64,000 nucleotides of DNA from Vicugna vicugna (Eukaryota): contig MU058252.1 in NCBI GenBank assembly GCA_013265495.1, positions 1,336,244 to 1,400,243 of the forward strand, in the 5' to 3' direction. A program made the translations under genes and the position numbers. The notes below the pieces were generated by a model. That model had not been told where the DNA came from. It saw only the letters and a list, made by a program, of their open reading frames with translations, and ran no database searches. Shown in pieces: positions 23,496 to 35,227 of the stretch. How positions within the stretch are numbered: the stretch's first letter is position 1; every line of letters begins with the position of its first letter.

Positions 23496-25089
23496 ATTTC
23501 CTCTTTTTTCAAGTGTTATTATTCATTTCTAAGAGCCAAGAAAGCACATCCTTTGAATAAACTTGCCCCTTCTCCTCTTAAAAAGGCATCATTACTACAT
23601 TAATAGTAAAAATAAAATGCCTTAAATAAGAACAGCATTTTTGCTATTTTCCAAAGCCCTTGGTAGAAACAGTACCTTGTTTGATCCACATAATAACCAT
23701 GAGTGTAGACAAAGACTAGTTATTACCAACCCCACTTTACAGAGCAAGAAACTGAGACCCAGACTAAACTCTGGGGTGTCAGTTTCCAAGTCTGCCCAAT
23801 GAAAGCTTCAACCCTATGACCTTTAAGTCCTCTTTCACTTCTAAAAGGGTACGATTTCCATATTTTGTCTGAAATCACAAAGCTAGTGGCAGATTAGGGA
23901 ATCTGAGATGAACACCCTTGGTTGCCAGGCTAATCCCCTACACCACACTGTCTTTGCTGACAACTGCGATGCTAACACTAGCTGTCCCTATTTGCTTTCC
24001 CCAGTGACTTGCAGGGGCACTGATGAATACCTACTCAGCATCCACCCCTTCCCTATCTAAGAGTATTTAGATTTCAGTTCCACACACACTTATCAGGATC
24101 TGACCCCACCCTTGCTCTAAGGATATGCTCTAGTTGGTTTAACCTGATCAATGCTTTTCTTTCTCCTGGCCAGTCACTGGTCTAGGGCTGGGCCTGGGGC
24201 CCAAGTGATCCAAGCAGGGCAAACTGAAAGATTCTGGCCTAGAGCACAGGACAGGAAGTGCACTCTCTCCTACTGAACATAAACTAGGAAGCATCGGCTT
24301 CATTGCACCAGCAGCCCCTCTGGGCCCCGAGGAGAAGCCACAGGATTCCTGCTTGGACTGGTAGTTTCTAGCAGCTAAAATCTACAAGATGTCTAGATCC
24401 CTGAAACTCTGAGCAAACAACAGAGGTAGACAGATGAGATCACTGAAAACCAGGGAGTTTACTGGACTTTGCTGGACCCACTGCCTGTTTGGGGCAGTTA
24501 GGACTAGATTTCAGCTTTCCAGCAACTGACCCAGGGGTCTCATGGCCTCAGCAGGTAGAGAATCTCTGGGCCCCTGTGCAGAGATGCAGACAGATGTCTA
24601 GCTGCTGAACAGAACCCCAGAAGTCTGTTTGAGGGGCTTCTTTCCATCCTGCTTTCTTGCCTAAGGCAGAACCCATGAGCCTCAGCAGAGTGTGATTGGT
24701 AACACTGAACCAGGACTCCTCCCCTCCCCCACCCTGACCCTCTGCCAAGCACAGCGCCTCCGAGACTGCCCTGGAGGAGGAAGGAACTGCCAGCCAAGTA
24801 TCTGCCCACCTGGGGTCAGGGCGAGGGCAAGGCAGTGACAACGGGCTGTGAACAGCTAGAGAAGAGGTGGACAAAAGGGTAGCCTTGGGACAACAGGCCT
24901 TACCTGTCACTGTCCTTCTCAAAAAGCAACCAGAAATAAAGCACCCAAATCAAAGAAACACAACAGCATTTACCAAGAGAACAGCAATTTTCCCCGCTCG
25001 CTTACCTATAGGTGTGTCTGTACAATTCCAGCAGAATCAGACGTGAAGGACAGTTTGGTTACTTCTTTTGATCACTGCTAACATCCCAT

Positions 25090-25530
25090 CCATATTTATT
25101 ATCAAGGATTTATTGAGTGTCTACCTTGCACTCCACAGCTCTGAAAAAACACAGGAAAGGCCCCTGAGTCCAGGAGCTCATAATGGTGGAGAGGACGTGA
25201 AGGGGAACAGACCATTAACAAGTAAATAAACAAGATGATTTCAGACTGTGTTCATGCTCTGAAGACAATAACAGGGGGAAATGACAGACAGTAACTGACC
25301 AGGCTGGAGGGGTCCTACTTTAGATAAAGGGTCAGAAGTGCCTCCTGGGGTGACATGAGCTAAGCCACTTGAGAAGTCTGAAGAGCAGCTGATCCAGACA
25401 GCAAGTGGAAAGGCCCTGTGGCAAGAAGCACTTGGTGGTCACTGTGCCTGGGAAGCAGTGACCAGTGGCCCAAGAGGCAGCCGGGATCCTTTAAAGCAGA
25501 ACGTTGGAGGCCATTGCAGGAGCTTGTAAA
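25090..25530. mobile_element. L2 LINE fragment
   Basis: atttattgagtgtctac...ggagctcataat...aaaggccctgtggcaaga..cacttgg, typical L2 3' region. Confidence 0.6.
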
Positions 25531-26049
25531 GACCCCCTGTATTAGGTGGGAATGTGGCTGAAAACATCAGTCTGCCTTTCTTCTCCAGACATTAATGAGG
25601 TGGACGTCGTCTCCTCAGCTCTGGAGTCTCAGCTGGGTTTAAGTCTGAGCTCGCCCACTTTAATAACCTCGGGAAAGCTATCTGAGTTTCTTTATTTGAA
25701 TAATCAAGGGTTTCTCATTAGATTAGCTACAATCCTCAGCTTTATCAGTCAATTCATCCTTTCAGTCAAAAACAGTCATTTATGAAACTAACACGATTTT
25801 CTCTAAATGCCACAAACTTAAACTGTTAGGCTAACAATACTGCATAAACAATCGACATACGAGTAGCTCCCCCAGGAAAAACTGATTATGCTGCTGGGCT
25901 AATCAAGTTGTCACCACAGCCTCACATGGTCCTTTAAAAACTCAATCTGGATCCTAGGGCTGGGCGTTCCAGTTCATTTTCCGTTTCAAAAACCCAAAGC
26001 AATAACGATCTTAACGTTGATATTTATCGTGTTTATCCCTGCCTCTCCC

Positions 26050-27600
26050 CGTAACGCCAAGTTCAGGGAGACCGGCGAAGGAAGGGAGGAGAATGGAGGA
26101 GCGGAGCGGAGAAAGAGAGAGCGATTAAGACCTTACGGATTGGACACCGGGAGGAAACCTGAAGAAGGCACTGATTTCAGGGAAGAAAGGAAAACGCGAA
26201 GTGACGCAAAGAGGAGGAAAGGGGCAGGAGGGGAGCCTGTGGGCAGCGCTGGCCGCGGACCCCAGGGGTAGGGGGGACAGGGGCACGGGGTGCAGCCGTG
26301 CTCGAGGCTCAGCTCCCGGAGCGACGGGAGCAAGGCGGGGGGGGGAGAGTAAATACTGAGAGTGGAGAAGAGACGAGGGACAGGAGCAGGACTCGGAGGG
26401 GTGGAGGGAGGCCGGCGACCGAGGACGCCCGCAGGAACCGCGAGCCGAGGGGCCAGCAGGGGATCGACTCTCCGAGAGGGGCAGGGGAGGGGCGGGGCGG
26501 TGGGCGCGAGGCCAATGAGGGCGCGAACCGGGACGGAACGGGGCTGGGGGGCGGGCGCGAGGCCAATAGGAGGACGAGTCGGCACGGGGAGGGAAGCCAG
26601 ACGACTCTAGAGCCAATGGGAGGGGAGCAGAGGCAGGGGCGAGGCACCGAGCCGCTCGAGACCAATGGGAACCCGAACCAGTTATGGAGGCGGGACGCCA
26701 GGCGGTGAGAGGGCCAATGGGAGGCTGGGCCGAGGAGCGCGGGCGGCCGTCCGGCCCAGGGCCGGGGGAGAGGGACCCGGAAGGCGGTGGGGGCGGGGAG
26801 CCGGGCTGACAACCTGTCAAATCCACTTTGGGACGAACTAGGTCACGCGCCTCCCCGAGGCAGGGCGCCCCCGCCCCGCGAGGCCCGGCGGGTGGCCCGC
26901 GGGGCCCGGCCTGGCTGCTTCCTCTTCCTGCCAGCGGTGGGAGCAGTGGGGGCGGTGGGGGCGGTGGGGGCGGGGCGGAGCGGACAACCGGGACACCTGC
27001 CTCCCCGGCCCCACGGCCGCCCGCTGCTCCCAGGCACTCGCTTGCACGGTCTCTCCCTGACAGCCAGGGCTGCTGTGGCTTCGCAGTTAAAAATACGGCC
27101 CGCCCGAGCGGCCCTTCGGAGTTGAGAACTGCCCACACCCCAGCTGTACTCCCGCCGCCCGCCTGCCCGCTAGGGGCAGCGCCCTCGGCCCGCGGGCTCG
27201 CGTTTGCGGAAGCCGGCTGGCCGCGCACTACTTGTCGCGGAAGGACCCGGGACGGCGGAGGGATCCCGTGCGCGCCGCCGGCCGGGAACCGTGCGGGCCC
27301 CTGGCGGCCGCCGGACCCTCGGCGGTCGGGCGGCGTGGCAGTATCCCGGGGAGTGCGGGCGGAGCCGGGTCGGCATCCCCGACGCTCCGCGCCCTTCCGC
27401 ACGGGCACCTGTTTCTCCCCGAGAGGACCCAGCCTCCGTCCCCGGCGGCGGGCGGGCGGGCGGAGGACGGCGCTTTGTGTCTCCGCGGCGGAGCGAGTGG
27501 CCGCGGAGGCCGGTTCCCTCCGTCCCAGCCCCGATGGTTCACTCCGAGGCTTCTTTCCGCTTAGGCTCGGAAACGTCGTTCAATCATTGTTTCCAGGCGA
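26050..27600. promoter_or_regulatory. Orphan CpG island / probable lncRNA or bidirectional promoter
   Basis: High GC/CpG with five CCAAT boxes, GC boxes (GGGGCGGGG) and ETS cores (CCGGAA/GCGGAA). No ORF with non-low-complexity protein character. Confidence 0.85.
26500..26722 (+). promoter_or_regulatory. Array of five NF-Y-type CCAAT boxes with ~50-bp periodicity
   Basis: CCAAT at 26512, 26563, 26613, 26662 and 26714, all on the plus strand in an RRCCAATRRG context. Confidence 0.85.
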
Positions 27601-28801
27601 GAAGTGAAATAAAAGCCTCAACTAGAAGTCAGCATTAATCCAGGTCCCAGGGATTATAAATTTGCTCCAACGTCGTCGTGTAGGATTTTGCCCCCGTATT
27701 TCTTCCTAGACCATAAATCCGTTTCTCTTCAAGGTGGAACCATCCTAGAGCCATAGCCGTCTTTTTAAGGTCTTCAAAATGGATGTTAATGCACAATCTA
27801 ATTAAGCAACACTTATGTTAATGTATTGATTTTGTTCCTTATATTTCTCGATGCAAATTTGCTCAGGATTTTTGCATTGAATGGACAGCAAATGTAGTGT
27901 TTTAATTTTTACTACTTTGACCATTCAAATTATGTTAATTTCCCCCCGGAACAAGGTGATGCATTGTTTTAAGTAAAAATAACCAACTCCTCTACTCTTC
28001 CCAAAATGTATAAAATCTAAGGGTAAAATGTAGATTAAAAACGCTAAAATATGTACGCTAAATTTAAAATTGTGACATACTAATTATTTGAAGTGTTTCT
28101 TTGCAATGTTACTGTGAAATGGAACAAAGAAAAACTTTCATTTTCAAATAACATATTTAAACAAATACTTCTTGAACATATGCAAGCACTGTTCTCAAAC
28201 ATTTGCATTTGTTTATATGCAAAGCATTGTGCTCAAACATTTTTATTACTTTACCAAATGCGTATTTCATCAGTAACTTTATTTCCCTTTAAAGTTCAAC
28301 CTTTAAGTGCATGTTAGCTACCACATTGGGAAGAAAACAATACACTATGCCATCTATTTTCAGAATTACAGATGTACATTTTTTGCACTCACCACAAACA
28401 CGGTCATCAAGAAAGAAAATGATGGATAAAGTGAAAAAAAAAAAAGGTAAAATATCCTTTAGGTTCAACATTCATGAATTTACTCATTAACTTGAAGACC
28501 TACCGTATTCATTACTCTATAATATAGTATTATGAATAAAAGGTTGGGATAGACATCAATTTTTTATAAAAATTAAAAATAACAAACCAACAAAAGATCT
28601 TTTATGTTTCATTATAGCCAATTCCTTACTGCCAGTTAATTTTCCAGAAGCAGTAGTTTTTCTCTTTTTTGACCAACTGGCAACCCAACAGTGATGGAAG
28701 CTCTTGGCCCACACTGGGGCTACTGAGAAAGTAACTTTTCTTACTTCAAAACTTTTTCATTAATTCCTATTGAAAGATGAGGGGTTTTTGGTCATAGTTT
28801 T

Positions 28802-28985
28802 CTTTTATTGTTGTATATGTATTTACTGAGGTATAGTCAGTTTACAATGTGTCAGTTTCTGGTGTACAGCACAATGCTTCAGTCATACATGAACACACAT
28901 AGATTCATTTTCATATTCTTTTTCACCATAAGTTACTAGAAGATATTGAATATAGTTCCCTGTGCTATACAGTATGAACTTGTTG
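28802..28985 (-). mobile_element. 5'-truncated L1 3' end with 15-bp TSD
   Basis: gaggtatagtcagtttacaatgtgtcagtttctggtgtacagc...ttccctgtgctatacag. TSD tttggtcatagtttt at 28787-28801 and 28986-29000. Confidence 0.88.
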
Positions 28986-31234
28986 TTTGGTCATAGTTTT
29001 AATGTTAAAATTCCCTAAGAAGACAATAAAACCATGTTTTTTTCCATCAACACAGGAACCACAGGGCTGTCCACAACAGGCAACATTCAAAATATGGAAA
29101 TGAATTGTATATCCTTATGCAAATATTGCATGCTGGAATTTAGCCACTACATATATTATGTTACATTAATAAGTAAAACCACAGATTTTTAAGTTTAAAC
29201 AAAGTGCGGCACTAAAAAACCACCCTGCTGCTTTGGGGTGTAATTTTCACTCTGACAAATGGCTGAAAACAGCGTTACTGAAAATGAGTGTTTGGATAGG
29301 ATGTGTCACTTTTTTTTAACTTCTAATTTCATAAGAAAGCTAACTCCTTCCATTTCTCTCCTCAAATATGAAACTTAGAAACATTCTGCCTTAATTATTT
29401 CTTCTGTTGTATCCCTTGCTAGCAAATTCTTTTGGAATAGATTTGGGATATTAATTACCTTTATAAATGGAGTCACTGTTTTGCCTAAACACTTCATTTT
29501 TAATTCCCTCCTGTAAGGAGGATTTTTATAATTCCCCAACAGAATATCTTGGCACGGTTTTATTTTTCAGTTGGTAGTGCATTTCTTGGACTAGAAGGAA
29601 GAGCAGGCAACAGCTCAACTTCTTTTGGGGAGGAGGGCGGGTGACTTTGCCCCAGAGTAAAGACATCCTCAGGGCAGCTCAGCCTAGGTTATGTGGTTGG
29701 AAATTAAGCTTGGACCACAGAGGTAAAAAGAGTCTGTGAATGGGAAATAAATACACCTTAAGTTAATGGTTGCAAACCCGGGGTCTGCAGATCTGACTTG
29801 TTTGTCTCTCTCAATGTTTAGAAATTGTTTGATTAGTTTAAAATGGGAGACTTCAGATAAAAATACACAATTGTAGCTTCTCTTGAAAATGAGACAGCCG
29901 TGGCTCAGTTCTCGCCCGTCACATGCTGCTAGAGCTGACAAGCTGCTGCCCCCTTGAGACGGGGGGGTGTCCGTGTTGACGCTGCGCTCAGTGCGATGGT
30001 TTATTTCAGCCACCTGGCCACTGGAGGAATGTGTGTTTGGAATATGTGCTCTAGGTTACATAAAACTGAGAAAGATTTCATCATAGAGGGAGGTTAGACT
30101 TAGGAAGAAGAGACGATCTTAGGTTTTTGTTCTAAGGAAATAGAACAAGTTCAGAAATGGAAAGTTAAATACAGCAACTGGATGTATCCCATTATTATCG
30201 GCCCCCTGGCACAGGGAAAGGTCAGGTTGTGTCAAGTGAAACTTTTAACTAAAAATGCAAGTGATGTTTTTTGTGCTATACTTTCCAGTTACAAAGTCAT
30301 TGCCTTGATTCAAATGAATTTCACTGGAAGTCTTGGCTAGCGGAACAGAGGAAGAGTAGTCGATAGAAATGAAAGATTTCACAAGAAGGCTGGAACCCCC
30401 CAAAGGGCTACAGAAAACAACAGTGATCATGACAACAATGTCTTGACATTGTGGAGCAATAACTGCGTGCTGGACATTGCTCTAAGGGCTTGATCTGAGT
30501 GATGTCACGTTACATTTTAGTTTCCTATTTGCTACATTATCTTTCTTCTCTTCTTGAAGCTGCCCCGAGCCTTCTGCATCCCAGGCATGAGGTGAGTGCT
30601 CCCGTTTGCTGTACCTCAGGATGGCACTACCCTTGGGCTATTCCTGGTCCTAAAAGGGCCCAGATGTTCTTTCTTGCCTGCATGTCCCTGACTGTACCCC
30701 AAGCCTGTCCTCGCTCAGGCCTTTTCCTGTCATGGTCTGTGTGTCTTTTACTATTGGAATCAGACTTCTCACCACAGCAAGAAATACTCCCTTTCTAGGG
30801 CAGAGAAGAGGGAGAATCAGCCAAGACAAGGCAACAAGTGTGGTAGGAAGAGAGGGAGATAAGATGGGCCGCACAAAGGACAGATAATTGGGGGCAGACA
30901 AGGAACAGCCATCGCCCACCCTCTCCACCCACAACATCATCAAAATCAACAGCAGACCCAGCAGGAAGAGCAGCACCTAGAAAAGGCCCCAAGTTCCTGT
31001 GCAGATGGATTATGAGTTTGATGATTGTTGGAGTGTGAAGTAAACCAACTCAGCAGAGCTACGTTCAGGTAGAGTCCAGATATACCAATGGGAGACAGTT
31101 TAAATAAAATGTGTACTTTCATGGAATAGAATGTTTATGAAAGTTTTAATGAAATGGATCAATACCATATCAGATGAAGAAAAAGCAAAAATTAAAATTA
31201 TATATAAAAACATAGTTAGGAGTTAAAGTGCTGT

Positions 31235-31328
31235 TTTACTTATTTATTTAGTTTTTTTCCCTTGACGGAGGCCCTGGGGATTGAACCCAAGCACATGCTC
31301 TACCACTGAGCTATACGTCCCACCCCCT
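31235..31328 (-). mobile_element. Vic-1-like SINE (internally deleted)
   Basis: ctggggattgaaccca..atgctctaccactgagctata. Confidence 0.8.
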
Positions 31329-31469
31329 AAAATACTGTTTTTGATTTTTAGTTGATTAAAATATTATGTAAATATATTTAAAAAGCTAGAAGAAATGTGG
31401 CAAAATAGTAATGATTCTGGATTTCCAAAAATTTTCTGGTGATCATAAAGTACTTACATCATCAAAAGA

Positions 31470-31662
31470 TAAAATAAACAACAAGTTTCTACTGTACAGC
31501 ACAAGGAACTATATTCAGTATCTTCTAGTAACTTATAATGAAAAAGAATATGAAAACAAATATATGTATGTGTAAATATGACTGAAACATGATGCAGTCC
31601 ACCAGAAATTGACACACTATAAACTGACTATACTTCAATTTTCAAAAAAACGGAAAAAAAAG
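31470..31662 (+). mobile_element. 5'-truncated L1 3' end
   Basis: ataaacaacaagtttctactgtacagcacaaggaactatattcag...actgactatacttcaa and an A-tail. TSD-like aaaagataaaataa/aaaagacaaaataa. Confidence 0.85.
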
Positions 31663-31894
31663 ACAAAATAATTAAAAACAAAGGGAAAAAAGTTAAAATC
31701 AAGCTGCGAATGTACTTACTGAGTTGTAATTCCATGAAAGAAACTAAAAACTTATACTCCAGTTACAGATGTTACCATCTCCAGATTTCAGAAACGTTTT
31801 CCAGTCATCTCAAGGGGACTGGGCAAGCGTGGACAGATGGCTTAGCAGAACCCACTCCCAGTGCTGGAAAAGAAACTCAAAAGTACATGCTGTC

Positions 31895-32050
31895 GGGGGA
31901 GGGTGGAGCTCAAGTGGTAGAGCGCAAGCTTAGCATTCATGAGGTCCTGGGTTCAATCCCCAGTACCTCCATTAAAACAAATAATAATAATTAAATAAAT
32001 AAACCTAATTATTTCACTCCAAAAATAAAAATAAAATGGACATTAAAAAA
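31895..32050 (+). mobile_element. Vic-1-like SINE
   Basis: gggggagggtggagctcaagtggtagagcgcaagcttagcattcatgaggtcctgggttcaatccccagtacctcca and an A-rich tail. Confidence 0.9.
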
Positions 32051-32189
32051 AGTGTATTTGTACTGATGCCACGTTTGTAATATGAACCTTGAGCAGAGAA
32101 GGATGGCCTATCATATTTCCCCTACTGCAGCTCTAAAGCCTGTTGGCCCCCACTTCTTTTTAAGTAAATGATCCAGAGCATCTAAGAAG

Positions 32190-32575
32190 GTTTATCAGTT
32201 TGCTGGGGCTGCCATAACCAGGTACCAGGTTGAGTGGCTTAAGCAGCAGACTCACAATTTATTTCCTCACAATTCTGGAGGCTGGAAGTCTGAGATCCAG
32301 GCATCTGTGGGGCTGGATTCTTCTGGGGTCTCCCTCATTGGCTTTGGGTGGCTGCCTTCTTGATGTTTCCTTAAATGGTTGTTCCTCCGTTGTGTCTCTG
32401 TGTCTGAATCTCTTGTTATAAGGACACCAGTGAGATTGCATTAGGACCCACTCTAACAAACTCATTTTAGCTCCACCACCTCTGTAAAGACCTAACTCCA
32501 AAAACAGTTATATTCTGAGGCATTGGAGGTTAGGACTTCAGCATGAGTTTGGGGCTGACACAGTGCAGCCCACAG
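32190..32575. mobile_element. MaLR (MLT1-type) solo LTR
   Basis: gggctgccataacc...atttatttcctcacaattctggaggctggaagtctgagatc...tataaggacaccagt...ggttaggacttca. Confidence 0.8.
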
Positions 32576-33589
32576 CAGAAGGGGAGGTGCTGGCTGGAGA
32601 AGGCAGCTCGTTGAGTGTGGCAATATTTATCAAGACACTTGAGTGATTATCCTTGAATCAGAAGGACGGATGTGAGGTTGCTTGGGTACTAGTCAGAAAA
32701 GTGGCGTGACTAGAAAGGGGAACAGCTTTCATGTAGAACTTCTAAAACGGTCGATAGCTGTGTTTTCAGAAACTTTTGGCCAGTTGGCTCTATTTAAATT
32801 TTGTAGGATTAAAGAAAACTATTTTAAGGCCAACCTCTAGATAGGACTGTCCAATGGTGTCAAGAAAACTTACTTGAACAATTATTAGAACCAAGGAAGG
32901 TAAGAAAATAGCAGATCTGTTGAATATCCTAAATGACCTTTTTCATACTTCCTTTTATTTAATATACAAATTGCACCATGTCTACCTGGGGAATCTACTA
33001 TAAAGCCAACGGACACCACCAGCCAACAGCTGCCTTCAAAGAACTCGCATCTGAGTGAAGGCAAAGCAGCCCCGTGCGTCCTGGCAAGTCTCTGCACTGC
33101 CTGTAGTGGACCATGAAGTCAGGTCCCAGGAAGGTCAAATAAGAAATGAGGACAAGGTAGCAATAACAAACAACAACAAGACAAACTCCAGCCCCTTGGC
33201 TTTTTCTGCAGTTGGAGAGTTCTGAATTTGAGTCACAGGATTCTCCATTTCATTTTGTAGCAGGCTCCAGTCCCGCTTGGAACGGGGAAGGGCACAGATA
33301 ATGAATAAATAATATCACCATATTCTGCCTCAGTAGAAGAACCTGCATGTGCAAGCAACAATCCCTTCCTTGCTTCAGTATTAAACTGCTTAGTTGGACT
33401 ACAGCAAATCTTTTTAAAAAAAAAAAAAAAGCTTGGCATCCATTATCAGTATAAACGCAGAGGAAAGCAGTCAACATAAGCCAGTGACACTGGGTCAACT
33501 GTGACGTTCTCCTCCACTCTACTTCTCTTTACTGAGGCTTCATAGGAATTATATTTTGCAGCAGCTCTGAGGCACAGAAAGTTTAAATG

Positions 33590-33930
33590 ATGCTATGAAC
33601 TGAATTATGTCCCCAAATTCATATGTGGAAGCCCTGTCCTCCAGTATCTGGAGAGAGGACCTCTGGGAGGTAACTAAGGTGAAATGAGATCATGGGGTGG
33701 AGCCCTGATCTAATAGCATTAGTGTCCTTATAAGGAGAGACCAGAGAGCTTGCTCTCTTCCTGCCGTGTGAGGATACAGCAAGGAGGCAGCCTTCTGAAA
33801 GCCAGGATCCAGAAAACCAAAACCTGAATCAGCTGGCACCCTGATCTTGGGCTTCCCCGACTCCACAGCGGTGAGAAAATAACTTGTTTAGGCCCCAGTC
33901 TATGGTGCGGCAGGCCAAGCTGACTGATAC
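33590..33930. mobile_element. MaLR (MLT1-type) solo LTR
   Basis: tgctatgaactgaattatgtccccaaattcatatgtggaagcc...gccaagctgactgataca (TG...CA ends). Confidence 0.8.
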
Positions 33931-34091
33931 AGAGGACCCGTCTAAACACCAGACTGGCTCCTTTTCGACCCCCAAGCCTGCACCTTCATTCCTTCTTCAT
34001 GACCTTGTTTTCTGAAGAAATTCCACCCAATCCACCCTGGAAAAGAAGCCCCTTCTCTTTCTTTGTCAGAGCACGTTTAGGACAGCATTTA

Positions 34092-34525
34092 TTGCCAATT
34101 GCAGCAACATGGATGGACCTAGAGATTATCATATTAAGTGAAGTAAATCAGACAGAGAAAGACCAATACATAATGTTGCTTATATGTGGAATCCAAAAAA
34201 AAAAAAGATTCAGTTTTATTACAAGACAGAAATAGACTCACGGACATAGGAAAAAACTGGTTACCAAGGGGGAAGTGGGAGTGGGTGGGCTAGATTAGGA
34301 GTTGGGGATTAACAGATACACATTACTATATATAAAACAGATAAACAACAAGGACCTACTGTGTAGCATAGGAAACTATATTCAATTTCTTATAATGAGC
34401 TGTAATGGAAAAGAATCTGAAAAAAAAGTATGTATGAATATGTATAACTCAATCGCTTTGCTGTACACCTGATACTAACACTGTAAGTTGACTACACTTC
34501 AATAAAAATAAGAATTTGTTTTTAA
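34092..34525 (+). mobile_element. L1 3' end
   Basis: gcagcaacatggatggacctagagattatcatattaagtgaagtaa...acttcaataaaa. Flanked by agcatttat on both sides. Confidence 0.88.
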
Positions 34526-34656
34526 AAGAGCATTTATCCCAGTCTGAATGTATTCGGTTTATTCACGTGCTTGCTGATTTTCACCGGCACTAGCACGGAG
34601 GGTTCATGACACAGGGACCCATCTCTCTCCTGCTCTCTGTCCCTCCGCACTGCAGG

Positions 34657-34684
34657 GCAGAGGCAGAGGCAGAGGCAGAGGCAG
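34657..34684. repeat. (GGCAGA)n hexamer repeat
   Basis: Directly visible, ~4.5 copies. Confidence 0.8.
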
Positions 34685-35227
34685 TACAGGGAAATGCTGT
34701 TTCACTACAGCTCAGCCCATTTTGATGAGCAGAGGGCCTGAGGACTTTTTTTTTGTTTTCCAGTCACAACCAAGAACATTTATTAAGTGAAGACAGTGGC
34801 AAGTATTTCAAAACATAGGTTAGGCAATTAACTTAGGAATTCACCAAGTCAGGGCTCTCCTGCATTGATTCCCAGTTCATTCAACATAGGCTCAGACTGG
34901 GTAGGAAAGAAAATCTGCTCAGAGTCAAGTCATGGGTGAATTAATAGATGATGATGGTGAACAGGCAAGTACATGACAACTTACTGTTGGTTGTGAAAGG
35001 GGTTCAGAGCTTGGATCCTGGAAGTTTGTTCTCCAATTCCGATTTTGCTCTAACTGGTTGTGCGACCTTGAGCTAATCACTCACCACCTTCCACACTGGG
35101 GTTTTGTCTTTAGTGAGGCGGGGCTCCACCAGGACCTGCCCTCTGCACGTCAAGGGGCTGAGGTGCCAGTGGGGAGGCTAAAACAAGAAAGTAGAGTTTT
35201 TACGTCTTATAACAAGTTTAATCCAGA

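Noticed and set aside
26500..26722. CRISPR-like repeat-spacer pattern
   Set aside because: The repeats are only ~10-15 bp, degenerate and non-palindromic. The context is a mammalian CpG island with no cas genes, and NF-Y boxes explain the pattern.
26017..27638. 427-aa and 259-aa ORFs in the second CpG island
   Set aside because: GC-driven low-complexity ORFs, mostly with non-ATG starts and no recognisable domain.
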